Part shown: positions 36,090 to 45,519 of the stretch, one piece after another | How positions within the stretch are numbered: the first letter of the stretch is position 1 | Layout of the letters: every line of letters begins with the position of its first letter | Assembly: GCA_028715015.1 (NCBI GenBank) | Contig: JAQTLF010000003.1 | Location: 1-51,362 of the forward strand | Reading direction: 5' to 3' | DNA: 51,362 nt | Source: Candidatus Moraniibacteriota bacterium | Lineage (GTDB): Bacteria; Patescibacteriota; Minisyncoccia; Moranbacterales; GWC2-37-73 | Program-made: the position numbers and the translations under genes | The notes under the pieces: model-generated | Database searches by the model: none | The model's input: the letters and a program-made list of their open reading frames with translations, nothing else | What the model was told of the DNA's origin: nothing

Positions 36090-36782
36090 ATGAAAAACAA
36101 AACAAACATGCTGTTTGCTTCAGCACTTGCGTTGGTTTCAATCGGCTTTGCTTTTTCTTCCGTTTCAGCCAAGGAAAATGCTGCTGTAAAACCAGAAAAA
36201 GCAGTTGCGGCTCAAGATGTAAAAGGAGGAAATCCAAATGCTGCAGATAAAACAGTAAATGCCGCAACAACAACCGCAACTGATGCGGCAACAACAACTG
36301 AAACGCAAAAACCTAAGGACAAAACAAAAAAAGACAAACCAAAAGGAAACAGTGGAAAATTGACAGGCGAAGAGCATCGAAGTACTGTGGCAACTTTTGT
36401 GCAAAGTCTTTTGGCTGTGGCTGACAGGGAAGGCGGAATCGGACAAGAAGTCAGAGCTATTGCCCAACAACAAAACGATGCCAAAGATAGGGCTTCAAAC
36501 ATCATCAATGCTGTTGAAAGCAGAAGCAAAATAAAGACATTTTTCATCGGCACAAGCTACAAGAATCTTGGGGAACTGAGAAGCCAGGTGGTTCAAGCGC
36601 GAAATCAGATTGATCAGCTCAAACGTTTGGCTGACAAGGCGGAAAATGATCAAGATAAAACTGAATTGCAAACCCAGATCCAAACGCTGGAGCAGCAACA
36701 GGCAGACATTGACAAATTCATCACTGAAAATGAAAACAAATTCAGCTTGTTTGGTTGGGCAATGAAACTTTTCAGAAAATAA
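36090..36782 (+). CDS. secreted coiled-coil protein
   Basis: Signal peptide MKNKTNMLFASALALVSIGFAFSSVSA. T/A/K-rich linker. C-terminal helical Q/E/K-rich region. Confidence 0.6.
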   Translation: MKNKTNMLFASALALVSIGFAFSSVSAKENAAVKPEKAVAAQDVKGGNPNAADKTVNAATTTATDAATTTETQKPKDKTKKDKPKGNSGKLTGEEHRSTVATFVQSLLAVADREGGIGQEVRAIAQQQNDAKDRASNIINAVESRSKIKTFFIGTSYKNLGELRSQVVQARNQIDQLKRLADKAENDQDKTELQTQIQTLEQQQADIDKFITENENKFSLFGWAMKLFRK

Positions 36783-36803
36783 TAGAAATTTGATTGTTCA
36801 CTT

Positions 36804-36832
36804 AAAATCGCCAGAAATGGCGATTTTTTTTT
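36804..36832 (+). terminator. intrinsic terminator
   Basis: AAAATCGCC-agaaat-GGCGATTTT followed by a T-run. Confidence 0.8.
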
Positions 36833-36911
36833 GCATTCCCGTGGGGTTGTGCACGCAGACAATATTTTTTTGCGAGAATTTTTACAGAAAAATGGCTTGA
36901 TTTCGGCATTA

Positions 36912-36940
36912 TTGACAAAAAGGCTTTAACGTGGTAGATT
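36912..36940 (+). promoter_or_regulatory. sigma-70-type promoter
   Basis: TTGACA, a 17-nt spacer, then TAGATT. Confidence 0.5.
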
Positions 36941-37020
36941 GTTGGGATGGTTATTTTACAATCTCGAAGAGTTTTTCCTATCTTTTATCGTTGTCAAACA
37001 ACAAGGGAAAGGAGTATGTC

Positions 37021-37215
37021 ATGCGCGACCAAAATGATGTTGTAAAAAATCTTCCGCAAGGTCATGCAGTCGTTTCATTTGTTGACAAATCTGGCAAGGA
37101 GCATTTGAACATCACTTCGAACCTGTCATCACTGGATTTGTTGGAAGAAACACTCCAGCAAATGCATGGAAATGGGAATGTTGACTTTGCAGGAGGAGGT
37201 GCAAAAAAGAAATAA
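37021..37215 (+). CDS. small hypothetical protein (64 aa)
   Basis: SD GGGAAAGGAG precedes ATG 37021. The ORF-track start at 36931 overlaps the promoter. Confidence 0.5.
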   Translation: MRDQNDVVKNLPQGHAVVSFVDKSGKEHLNITSNLSSLDLLEETLQQMHGNGNVDFAGGGAKKK

Positions 37216-37243
37216 AAAACCAAAAAAGAGAAAAGATATATTC

Positions 37244-37280
37244 AAAGCAGATGGTTAATTATGAACATCTGCTTTTTAAT
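37244..37280 (+). terminator. intrinsic terminator
   Basis: AAAGCAGATG-N12-CATCTGCTTT followed by TTAATTT. Confidence 0.7.
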
Positions 37281-37549
37281 TTGGCAAAAATATTATGTTT
37301 TGATGTGAAATTTATAATCTTTCCAGGTGTATTTATAGAAAGAGGGAATCCAGGGGAAAGTTATCCGTGAATGTGCAGACGCTTCAATATGTCGCACGAG
37401 TTCGGATCATCCTCTGGGTTCCCACAATGACAAAGTCTTTGGAACACCAAAGGCTCTTTTTTATGCAGCTGTGCATAAGTTGCACTTTCGCGTTTTTTCT
37501 TTTTTTGTGGTATAATTAAATAAGCAAAGATAATAAAACACAAAAAAAT

Positions 37550-38071
37550 ATGAACAGAAAAATTGTGAGTGAATTTGCAGTTGGCGCAATCCTATTGGTT
37601 GCAATCGTTGTGGGTGGAATTTTCTGGCTAAAAAGTGCCCGGGAAATTGCTGCTTTGAACAATGTTTCCAGACAAAATGTCCAGCCAGTGAAAAATAATG
37701 TTGTTGCCAATCAGCCAGAAATAAAAGCTGAAGAAGCTGCAGTTGAAAACGATGTCTGCAAACCTCACTACTATGAAGGCAAGGCTCGCATCAGCAGTTG
37801 GATTGTTTCTGAAGGAGAGGATGGAATCGTGGTTGCGATCAAAAAAGATGAAATTTCAAAACTTCCTGTTGGGGATGTCCAAGCAGTTGGAAACAAGGGT
37901 GACTTCACAGTCAAATTGATTGATCCGACCGATGAGGTAAAAACAAAAATAAAAGCTTCATCCCCGCAAAAACCTGCAACCATAACATTGCAAGGATATG
38001 CTGAATTGTGCCAGCGACCGCCATTGGTCAGCATCCAACCTGCCACTGAAGCCTTCAAAAAACGTTCATAA
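37550..38071 (+). CDS. membrane-anchored hypothetical protein
   Basis: 173 aa. N-terminal TM helix FAVGAILLVAIVVGGIFWL. An extended -10 (TGGTATAAT) lies at about 37507-37515. Confidence 0.55.
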   Translation: MNRKIVSEFAVGAILLVAIVVGGIFWLKSAREIAALNNVSRQNVQPVKNNVVANQPEIKAEEAAVENDVCKPHYYEGKARISSWIVSEGEDGIVVAIKKDEISKLPVGDVQAVGNKGDFTVKLIDPTDEVKTKIKASSPQKPATITLQGYAELCQRPPLVSIQPATEAFKKRS

Positions 38072-38214
38072 TTTTTTCCAGTAGTATTTGATATCACAAA
38101 AGCGTCGTTTGGCGCTTTTTGTGAAAATAGGAAAGGAATAATTAAAACCATTTACTATGATTGTAGCTGTGATATACTGTTTGTATTAATAAACAAGGTA
38201 TTTTGTTCAAACTT

Positions 38215-39156
38215 ATGAAGAAAATCTCCATCATCATCCCGGCTTATAATGAGGAAAAAAACGTTGACCTCATTTATGTCGAATTGCAAAAAGTTTTTGC
38301 AACATGTCCGAAGGAATACGAATTCGAAATTCTTTTTGTTAATGATGGAAGCTCAGACAACACGCTTGGAGAAATTGAAAGATTGGCCGGCAAACATCCG
38401 GAGGTGAAATATATTGATTTTTCACGAAATTTTGGCAAAGAAGTTGCAACCACGGCAGCCCTTAACAATTGTCAGGGAGATGCTTGCATCATGGTTGATG
38501 CCGACCTGCAACATCCGGTGGAACTCATTCCTGAATTTATTGCCAAATGGGAAAATGGCGCAGACGTCGTTGTCGGTGTCAGGAACAAAAACAAAAGTGT
38601 GGGTGTTTTCAAAAAAATAGGTTCGGTTATTTTCTACAAAATAATCAACAGGATTGCCGAGGTCAAGATCGTTCCCAATGCCACCGACTTTCGTTTGCTG
38701 GACAGGGCGGTTATTGATGAATTCAACCGTTTCACCGAAACGAACAGAATGACAAGAGCTTTGATTGATTGGCTTGGATTCAAACGGGACTACATAAACT
38801 TTGAGGCCAATGAAAGAATCCATGGAGAGGCAAGTTATAGTTTTTGGAAGCTTTTCAAATTGGCTTTGAACAGCTTTGTTTCCTTGAGTTTGCTGCCGTT
38901 GAAGTTGGCGGGAAATTTGGGAATTGCAATCACTTTGGTTTCCGGAATTGCCGGTTTCTACATCTTGTTGGGAAAATATTTTTTCCACACCCATTTTGCT
39001 TCGACCTTTTCCGACAGTGAAAATCTGGCGATTCTGATCGTGTTCTTGGTGGGAATAATCCTGACATCCATCGGTCTGATGGCTCTCTATATTGCCAACA
39101 TCCATGGGGAAGTCATCAACAGGCCGATCTATGTTGTGCGAAAAAAGAAAATATAG
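38215..39156 (+). CDS. family 2 glycosyltransferase, polyprenyl-phosphate sugar transferase type (GtrB/DPM1/ArnC-like)
   Basis: ISIIIPAYNEE, VNDGSSDNT, and VDADLQHP (DxD). Two C-terminal TM helices. ATG 38215 is preferred over the TTG at 38203. Confidence 0.85.
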   Translation: MKKISIIIPAYNEEKNVDLIYVELQKVFATCPKEYEFEILFVNDGSSDNTLGEIERLAGKHPEVKYIDFSRNFGKEVATTAALNNCQGDACIMVDADLQHPVELIPEFIAKWENGADVVVGVRNKNKSVGVFKKIGSVIFYKIINRIAEVKIVPNATDFRLLDRAVIDEFNRFTETNRMTRALIDWLGFKRDYINFEANERIHGEASYSFWKLFKLALNSFVSLSLLPLKLAGNLGIAITLVSGIAGFYILLGKYFFHTHFASTFSDSENLAILIVFLVGIILTSIGLMALYIANIHGEVINRPIYVVRKKKI

Positions 39157-39196
39157 ATTAACGATCATTGATTTGCAAAATTATTGACTTTTTGGA

Positions 39197-39225
39197 TTGA
39201 CAAATTATCGCTTCCGGGCTATACT
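39197..39225 (+). promoter_or_regulatory. sigma-70-type promoter
   Basis: TTGACA, a 17-nt spacer, then TATACT, about 150 nt upstream of ATG 39377. Confidence 0.55.
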
Positions 39226-39376
39226 AGTTTGCGACACTATAAAAAAGGTTCTGTATGGAACTCTTTTTTATTTTAGTCAGAAAAAACAAAAATCGCTCAA
39301 TTCATTTTAATTTAGAGCGAGAATAATCATTAAAAGTAAACTTATTAGTACGGTAAAAAATGTCTTTTTAAAATCG

Positions 39377-40114
39377 ATGGCAATTTTCTTTCTCGCCGCT
39401 TCTTTTTTGCTTGTTGCCGCATCAGGCGCCCAGGCCGAAGTGAAAGTTGAATCTGTAAAATTGCAAAATATTCTTTTGACTCAAAATGTGGACAATATTT
39501 TCACCATTTCAGAGGCGCCCGCAGCCGACCCGCTTGAGGTTGAAAAAGCTGCAGATTTTGCCAGTCAGGCCACGGGAGTCCGCAAGGATTTCATCATGGG
39601 CTTGTTGGTGGTTGAGTCTGATCTGGGAAGAAATTCAGGAAAATGCACCTATCAGGAAGTTGAGGACGGTGCAAATATTGACCATCAAAAAGGCCGTTTG
39701 AGCACGCAGGCCTGGAACACTTTTAATGAGCGAAGAGAAATAATCAAAGATATTGCCAAAGATCTTGGCTATGACTATGAAAAGTTGAGCGTTTCTTGCA
39801 ATCCTGGCAGTGCTTATGCAGGGACTGGCGGTGCGATGGGAATTCCACAATTCATGCCGGATACTTGGATGGAATACAAAGATCGAATCTCGGCTATTGT
39901 GGGCAAGGAAAATCCTGATCCATGGGATGAAAAAGATGCCGCAGTTGCTGTGGCACTCAAACTCTCGGATGTTTCAGGCGTGACTGAACATAATATCTAT
40001 GCGGAAAGAAATGCTGCCAAAATGTATCTTTCAGGAAACACATCCAGTCGCTATGATTGGTATGCCAACCAGATCATGTATTGGTCAAAAAATTACGCAA
40101 AATTGCTTGTATAA
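39377..40114 (+). CDS. secreted lytic transglycosylase-like protein (SLT/MltB-like)
   Basis: Signal peptide MAIFFLAASFLLVAASGAQA. LLVVESDLG supplies the candidate catalytic Glu. GGAMGIPQFMPDTW matches the lytic transglycosylase motif. Confidence 0.65.
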   Translation: MAIFFLAASFLLVAASGAQAEVKVESVKLQNILLTQNVDNIFTISEAPAADPLEVEKAADFASQATGVRKDFIMGLLVVESDLGRNSGKCTYQEVEDGANIDHQKGRLSTQAWNTFNERREIIKDIAKDLGYDYEKLSVSCNPGSAYAGTGGAMGIPQFMPDTWMEYKDRISAIVGKENPDPWDEKDAAVAVALKLSDVSGVTEHNIYAERNAAKMYLSGNTSSRYDWYANQIMYWSKNYAKLLV

Positions 40115-40121
40115 AACATGG

Positions 40122-40150
40122 AAAAACGCTTCTTCAGGAGCGTTTTTTTT
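40122..40150 (+). terminator. intrinsic terminator
   Basis: AAAAACGCT-tcttcagg-AGCGTTTTT followed by a T-run. Confidence 0.75.
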
Positions 40151-40211
40151 CTTAGCATCTCTGTTTGGATGTGCTATAATCAAATTGTCGGAAATAACAC
40201 TTCGCTTTAAT

Positions 40212-41324
40212 ATGAAAAAAATTATGTTAATTTCAATTGTTCTGTTGGGCATACTTCTATTGTATGGTGTGGCTCATGGGATTGTCTTTTTTTCGCTGGT
40301 AAAATTTTTCGGCATAACAAACTTGCTGTATAAAAATATATTGCTCTCGGTGATTTTTTTTCTGGGTTTGAGCTTTTTCATTTCTTCGATTTTTGGTCAC
40401 ATCAAAGATAGTTTGTTCACCAGGGATTACTATTTTCTTTCCGGAGCCTGGGTCGGCTTCATGTGGAACATGGTGCTTTTCTTCGTTTTGGTTTGGGTGG
40501 TCGTGTTGTTGGGTCAAAAACTTGGCTTTGCTGCAAATCAAAAAATTCTGGCCACTTTGGCAATCATGGCAGCTTGCGCATATTCGGCCTATGGAGTTTG
40601 GAATGCTTTCAATCCGAAAATAACCAGCTTGAGTGTGGCCATTGATGATTTGCCGGAAGAATGGGTTGGCAAAAAAATCGTGCAGATTTCCGATCTTCAT
40701 TTGGGCAATATCTATCATGCTGATTATTTGACCAGTGTGGTGGAAAAAATAAATGCCCTCAATCCGGACGTGGTGGTGATTACCGGCGACCTTTTTGATG
40801 GCAGCGTGGCAGACTTGAATGTGCTTTTGAAACCGATTGACAGGATCAATGCAAAAGTGTTTTTTGTTACTGGCAATCACGAGACATTCATAGGTTTGGA
40901 CAAAGTATATGCGGCAATTTCACTGACAAAAATAATTCCACTTAGGGACGCTTCCAAAAATATTGGCGGATTGCAATTTGTGGGAATCGACTATCCGCTG
41001 CGTGGCAATGACCGCGACATTTCCAAAATAATTCCAGCCATGGCTGGTTGGGATCAATTTGCTCCAAGCATCTTGCTGATCCATGAACCGGTGCAGATTG
41101 AAAATGCCAAAAAAATCGGAATTTCTTTGCAGCTTTCCGGTCACACGCACAGGGGACAGTTGTTTCCATTCGGTTTCATAACTTCGCTTATTTTCAAGGG
41201 CTATGATCACGGCTTCAAACGTGATGGTTCGTTTGCAATCTATACTTCAAGCGGTCTGGGTGGTTGGGGACCGCCAATGAGAACGGAAAACAGGTCAGAA
41301 ATTGTCGAAATAACCTTGAAATAG
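40212..41324 (+). CDS. membrane-bound metallophosphoesterase (YkuE/calcineurin-like)
   Basis: About 4 N-terminal TM helices, then ISDLHLGN, ITGDLFDG, GNHE and SGHTHRGQ. ATG 40212 lies after the terminator. The ORF-track start at 39999 overlaps the upstream gene. Confidence 0.85.
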   Translation: MKKIMLISIVLLGILLLYGVAHGIVFFSLVKFFGITNLLYKNILLSVIFFLGLSFFISSIFGHIKDSLFTRDYYFLSGAWVGFMWNMVLFFVLVWVVVLLGQKLGFAANQKILATLAIMAACAYSAYGVWNAFNPKITSLSVAIDDLPEEWVGKKIVQISDLHLGNIYHADYLTSVVEKINALNPDVVVITGDLFDGSVADLNVLLKPIDRINAKVFFVTGNHETFIGLDKVYAAISLTKIIPLRDASKNIGGLQFVGIDYPLRGNDRDISKIIPAMAGWDQFAPSILLIHEPVQIENAKKIGISLQLSGHTHRGQLFPFGFITSLIFKGYDHGFKRDGSFAIYTSSGLGGWGPPMRTENRSEIVEITLK

Positions 41325-41403
41325 AGGTTGCTATAAAACAAAAATGTGGAATAAGGGCAATAGCCGAGTGTACTACTTTTTGTAATACATAAGACACAAA
41401 GCC

Positions 41404-42192
41404 ATGATCGTGTTTGCTGCAATCATGCCACATCCATTGGAAAGTATTCCAGGAATCGGAACTCCTGAGAGTTTTGTCGCGATCAAAAAGACACTTTCGG
41501 CATTTGAGCAGCTGGCAAGAGATTTGGAGCAGGCAGCGCCTGACACCATCATTGTCATTTCTCCTCATGCAAAAATGGACCCATACTCTTTTATCATAAA
41601 TTCTGAAAGTGAACTGAGGGGAACATTTCAAAATTTCAATTTGGACCAGGTCTACGAATATGACAACAATATTGAAATTGCTGACAAGCTTGCCTATGCT
41701 TGCACCATGAATGAAATGCCATGCATATTGCACGGGAGCTTTCTTGATCACGGCGCACTCATCCCATTGCATCATCTCACCAAAAACATGAAATCCAAAC
41801 CCAAAGTCTTGCACTTGGCTTTTTCCTTGATGAGCTATGAACGACATTATCGTTATGGGGAAATAATCCAAAAAATCATAGATGAAGATGAATCCGAAAG
41901 AATCGCGGTGATTGCCAGCGGAGATCTTTCCCACAATCTGACCAGAAATGCTCCGGCAGGATTTTCCCAAGAATCTGCAGCCTTTGACCGAACGGTTTTG
42001 CGCTATCTTGGCTGCAATGATTTGGCCAGTCTTATGGGATTAGAAGAAAGTGAATCCAAAGCTGCCAGGGAATGCGGAATCCGTTCAATCATGATTTTGC
42101 TGGGGATTGTGCATGGCAAAAAATATAAATTCGATTTGCTTAGCTATGAAGGACCTTTCGGCGTTGGCTATCTCACCGCCAGACTTTTGTAG
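41404..42192 (+). CDS. LigB/Memo-like class III extradiol dioxygenase superfamily protein
   Basis: IMPHP, VISPH, LDHGALIPLHHL, SGDLSH, and ARECG. Confidence 0.6.
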   Translation: MIVFAAIMPHPLESIPGIGTPESFVAIKKTLSAFEQLARDLEQAAPDTIIVISPHAKMDPYSFIINSESELRGTFQNFNLDQVYEYDNNIEIADKLAYACTMNEMPCILHGSFLDHGALIPLHHLTKNMKSKPKVLHLAFSLMSYERHYRYGEIIQKIIDEDESERIAVIASGDLSHNLTRNAPAGFSQESAAFDRTVLRYLGCNDLASLMGLEESESKAARECGIRSIMILLGIVHGKKYKFDLLSYEGPFGVGYLTARLL

Positions 42193-42250
42193 AACATGGT
42201 CTTGATTGCATTTTTTTGCCTATTTTTAAATCTTTTGTTACAATAATTGC

Positions 42251-42544
42251 ATGACTACATTAACTATCAAAAATAAAATAATCCCCATTTTAAAGCGCCA
42301 AGGAGTCCTCAAGGCGGCTATTTTTGGCTCGTTTGCCAGAGGAGAAGAAACGAAAAAAAGTGACGTTGATTTGTTAATTAAAATGCCAAAAAACAAAACA
42401 TTTCTTGATATGGCTAGCTTGAAAGTTGAGCTGGAGGATAAGCTTGGCAGAGAAGTTGATATTATTGAATATGACGCAATCAGGCCTATTATAAAAAAGC
42501 AAGTTTTGATGGATAAAAAAGAAATATATGAAAAGAAATCCTAA
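42251..42544 (+). CDS. mntA: nucleotidyltransferase-domain antitoxin (MntA type)
   Basis: FGSFARGEE...SDVDLL (GSx10-DxD minimal NTase). 97 aa. It overlaps the next gene by 17 nt. Confidence 0.8.
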   Translation: MTTLTIKNKIIPILKRQGVLKAAIFGSFARGEETKKSDVDLLIKMPKNKTFLDMASLKVELEDKLGREVDIIEYDAIRPIIKKQVLMDKKEIYEKKS

Positions 42545-42857
42545 ACTTTTTCTTACGGATATTTTTGAAAGCATCGAGCTTATTGAAAAATATACCAAAG
42601 GCTTGAGCTATAATAAATTTCTTGAAAACAATGAGGTTCAAGATGCTGTTATGCGCAGAATTGAAATTATCGGTGAAGCCACAAAAAACGTGCCACTTAA
42701 AATTAGAAAAGAATATCCGGAAATTCCATGGCGGCAAATGGCTGGCATGCGAGATATGCTCGCACATGAATATTTTGGGATTGTAATGAAAAGAATTTGG
42801 GACACAACCCAAAAAGATCTTCCAAAACTCAAAAAACAAATTTTGAAAATTATTTGA
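42528..42857 (+). CDS. hepT: HepT (DUF86) HEPN-domain RNase toxin
   Basis: Rx4HxY motif MRDMLAHEY. 109 aa. Canonical pairing with the upstream minimal NTase. Confidence 0.8.
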   Translation: MKRNPKLFLTDIFESIELIEKYTKGLSYNKFLENNEVQDAVMRRIEIIGEATKNVPLKIRKEYPEIPWRQMAGMRDMLAHEYFGIVMKRIWDTTQKDLPKLKKQILKII

Positions 42858-42968
42858 AGGATTGCAATAATAGAAATACAATTTGTCAAAAAATATGCCA
42901 GAAAAAAGTGATATCTGGTTCCGCAAAAGAAAAATATTATTTAATATCTTCGTTAATATCAAAAATTT

Positions 42969-43286
42969 ATGGGAAACCCTTTTCAACTACAAGCCTGTCT
43001 TAGAATAAGCAAGGAAGATATTCCTAGTTTGCTTGAGATTGGCAAAAAATATAGTTTTACTAAAAACGAACACAGGCTTTATCAAATTGAGGTTCCAATG
43101 GATTTGCGAGATGAAAATTGGAATGCTTATGGCAGGTGCGTTGTGGCTGAATATACGCTGGGTAATAATAAAACCATTGGAACATATGTGATGGTAAAAA
43201 TTTTTGATGAAGAACAATGTGAGCAGGTCACAAAGGCGTTTGTATCTGATGAAGAAGTCAGTGCTATTCTAGCCGATATTAAATAA
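42969..43286 (+). CDS. hypothetical protein
   Basis: 105-aa ORF. No motif recognised. Confidence 0.45.
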   Translation: MGNPFQLQACLRISKEDIPSLLEIGKKYSFTKNEHRLYQIEVPMDLRDENWNAYGRCVVAEYTLGNNKTIGTYVMVKIFDEEQCEQVTKAFVSDEEVSAILADIK

Positions 43287-43409
43287 CATTTTTCTTTCAC
43301 TTCACCCAAATTTTTTGTTTTCTCTTTTATGAATACAATAAGGAAGGAAAATAAAAACTTCAGATATCACTAACGTTGGAAATATTTTATAAATTTTCAA
43401 TTAATTAAT

Positions 43410-43742
43410 ATGGAAAAATTTGAATATAAGGAAAGTCAAGAAACAATTAAGGAGTTATTAATGGATCGTGTAAGAAATATGATTGTTGATTTAGTAGTTT
43501 TGACAAGATGCTCGATTGGTGAAATTAAATGCTCTGACCAGGATGTGCAGAAAGTAAGAGATAAAATGAATGAGCATGTCAAAGATATTGAGCAATCATA
43601 TTCAAGACTGGATGATGAAAAAATTGTTAAGTTAAAAAAGTTTCTTGACGCCGTTAAAATGCCTGAGCATCCAAATAAAGATTATATAGATGCAACATAC
43701 GAAGCATACAACGAAATTAATAAATTAATTGAAAATTTATAA
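43410..43742 (+). CDS. hypothetical protein
   Basis: 110-aa helical, charged ORF. Confidence 0.45.
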   Translation: MEKFEYKESQETIKELLMDRVRNMIVDLVVLTRCSIGEIKCSDQDVQKVRDKMNEHVKDIEQSYSRLDDEKIVKLKKFLDAVKMPEHPNKDYIDATYEAYNEINKLIENL

Positions 43743-43894
43743 AATACATCCGACAACACGGCATATCTGGCCAAATAAAAATGGCTTCAACAAATAATTC
43801 ACTCAATCAAGACAGCCATTTTTTTGTATTTTTTAGGACAAAAAAACTGCCCCTTGCAAGTTTGTTAACTTGTAGGTAGCAGTAGTTGATTTGT

Positions 43895-44140
43895 TCATCC
43901 CAAATCAATTTTATAAACAATTGTTTCTGGGTCATAGTCTCTGACCATGACAGTGTGGTTGGGGAGATAAAGAGCAGTATCAAGCGAAGTTCCGTCGGGC
44001 TCTTTTGTGCGTATTTTTTGAAACACACCAATTGATTTCAGTTTCTTTTTAGTTAACTCTTCAACGTTGCGGATTCTTTCAGGGTCAATGTTTCTTACAG
44101 GAACAAACAACGCCCCGAGTTTCAAATCTTTAAATTTCAT
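43895..44140 (-). CDS. hypothetical protein
   Basis: 81 aa. SD GGGAGAG lies 5 nt before the ATG. A hairpin plus T-run (43840-43882, minus sense) lies downstream. Confidence 0.55.
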   Translation of the reverse strand: MKFKDLKLGALFVPVRNIDPERIRNVEELTKKKLKSIGVFQKIRTKEPDGTSLDTALYLPNHTVMVRDYDPETIVYKIDLG

Positions 44141-44432
44141 TTGGCTCTCCCGCGTTTAGCTCGCCAGCATTGAATGTACTACCCGTCATTATGACTTTGT
44201 ACCATAGCAGAAAATTATGATTATGTCAATCAAAATCGGGCAAAAATTCCAAAAAATGGCTAAGACAAAGTAAATTATTTGTTAAATTCCTTTTTATTTC
44301 ACCAGACTTTTTGCTTCTTTTATCTATTTAGAATAATATTGAGAAAGCGAAGCAAAAAACTTCAGATACATGGATATGTTACCTAAAATTTCAATTAATA
44401 TATTTTATCTAGTCAATTAAATTTGGTGAATT

Positions 44433-44840
44433 ATGACAAAGAAAGTTGTTATTGCTGGGAGTGCATCGCTTCAAGAAAAAGTTCAGTATTGGAAAAAAAA
44501 TTGGGAAGATAAAGGATATTGTGTTACGGATTATCCTGCACCGATAAACAAAGAGAATTTTTTAGAAGAATATCCTAAAGTGCATACGGATTTTTTCAAA
44601 AATATTACGGAAGCGGATATTCTTTTTGTTATGAATGAGGATAAAAATGGCATGGTCGGATATCTGGGAGCGGAATCATTTGCAGAAATGTGTTTTGGTG
44701 TTGCAGAAAACATCATTCACAATAAAAATCTTGAAGTGATTCTTTTGCAGAAACCAAGTGAGTGTGTCCAATCTTATGAGGAAATAGTTTTGTGGTTGAA
44801 ATTAGGCTGGATAAGATTGTACGAAAAAAATATTGATTGA
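44433..44840 (+). CDS. hypothetical protein, possibly with a nucleoside 2-deoxyribosyltransferase-like fold
   Basis: 135 aa. KKVVIAGSAS Rossmann-like N-terminus, then GYLGAESFAE. The fold assignment is tentative. Confidence 0.4.
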   Translation: MTKKVVIAGSASLQEKVQYWKKNWEDKGYCVTDYPAPINKENFLEEYPKVHTDFFKNITEADILFVMNEDKNGMVGYLGAESFAEMCFGVAENIIHNKNLEVILLQKPSECVQSYEEIVLWLKLGWIRLYEKNID

Positions 44841-44962
44841 AACATTGGCTAACTAATCATATAAGTTCCAGAAATTTGCCTAAATTATATTTCAAAATAG
44901 TTTAAATTTCTTACGCTTAAGTCGCTGGTCTGTTTTTTGTTTTTCTGCTATCATAGATTCAT

Positions 44963-45394
44963 ATGGAACAAAAAATAATAATGTACACAGATGGCGGATC
45001 GCGTGGAAATCCGGGACCGGCCGCTGTGGGTGTTTTCATTGAGACACTGGGAAAAAAAATTGGACAATGTATTGGCAACAGAACCAATAATGACGCTGAA
45101 TATGAAGCGCTGATTTTGGGTCTGCAAAAAACCAAACAATTCGTTGGCAAAGACAAAGCCAAAAAATGCAGCGTGGATTGTTTTTTGGATTCGGAACTCG
45201 TGGTTAAGCAACTCAATCATGAATACAAATTGAAAGAGCCTCGCATCCAGCAATATTTCATTGAAATTTGGAATTTGATGTTGGAATATGAAAAAGTGAC
45301 ATTCACTCACATTCCTCGAGAAAAAAACAAAATTGCTGACGCGCTGGTGAATGAAGCACTGGATGGACAATGCAAGCAAACGAATTTACTCTAG
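44963..45394 (+). CDS. rnhA: ribonuclease HI
   Basis: YTDGGSRGNPGPAA (Asp), NNDAEYEAL (Glu), DSELVVKQL (Asp), and NKIADALVNEA (Asp). Confidence 0.88.
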   Translation: MEQKIIMYTDGGSRGNPGPAAVGVFIETLGKKIGQCIGNRTNNDAEYEALILGLQKTKQFVGKDKAKKCSVDCFLDSELVVKQLNHEYKLKEPRIQQYFIEIWNLMLEYEKVTFTHIPREKNKIADALVNEALDGQCKQTNLL

Positions 45395-45519
45395 AATTTT
45401 AAGTTTTAAATTTAAAATTTTAAATCAAATCCCAAATTTCTAAATTTTAAAACATTTGACATTTAATCATTTGAAACTCATTTCAAATTTAAAACTGAAA
45501 ATTTAAAACTATTACAACT
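45395..45519. repeat. AT-word intergenic repeat; 45449-45495 is the inverted partner of 48509-48548
   Basis: The reverse complement of AAAACATTTGACATTTAATCATTTGAAACTCATTTCAAATTTAAAAC matches GTTTTAAATTTGAAATGAGTTTTAAATGATCAAATGTTTT, apart from 1 substitution and a 7-nt indel. Confidence 0.75.

Noticed and set aside
37361-37543. 60-aa minus-strand ORF with a CHCGNPEDDPNSC segment
   Set aside because: It has no SD. Its only Met lies within the promoter region of the plus-strand gene at 37550. It may be a gene remnant but cannot be supported.
39999-40211. N-terminal extension of the metallophosphoesterase ORF
   Set aside because: It overlaps the 3' end of the transglycosylase gene and the terminator at 40122-40150. 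ATG 40212 directly precedes the first TM helix.
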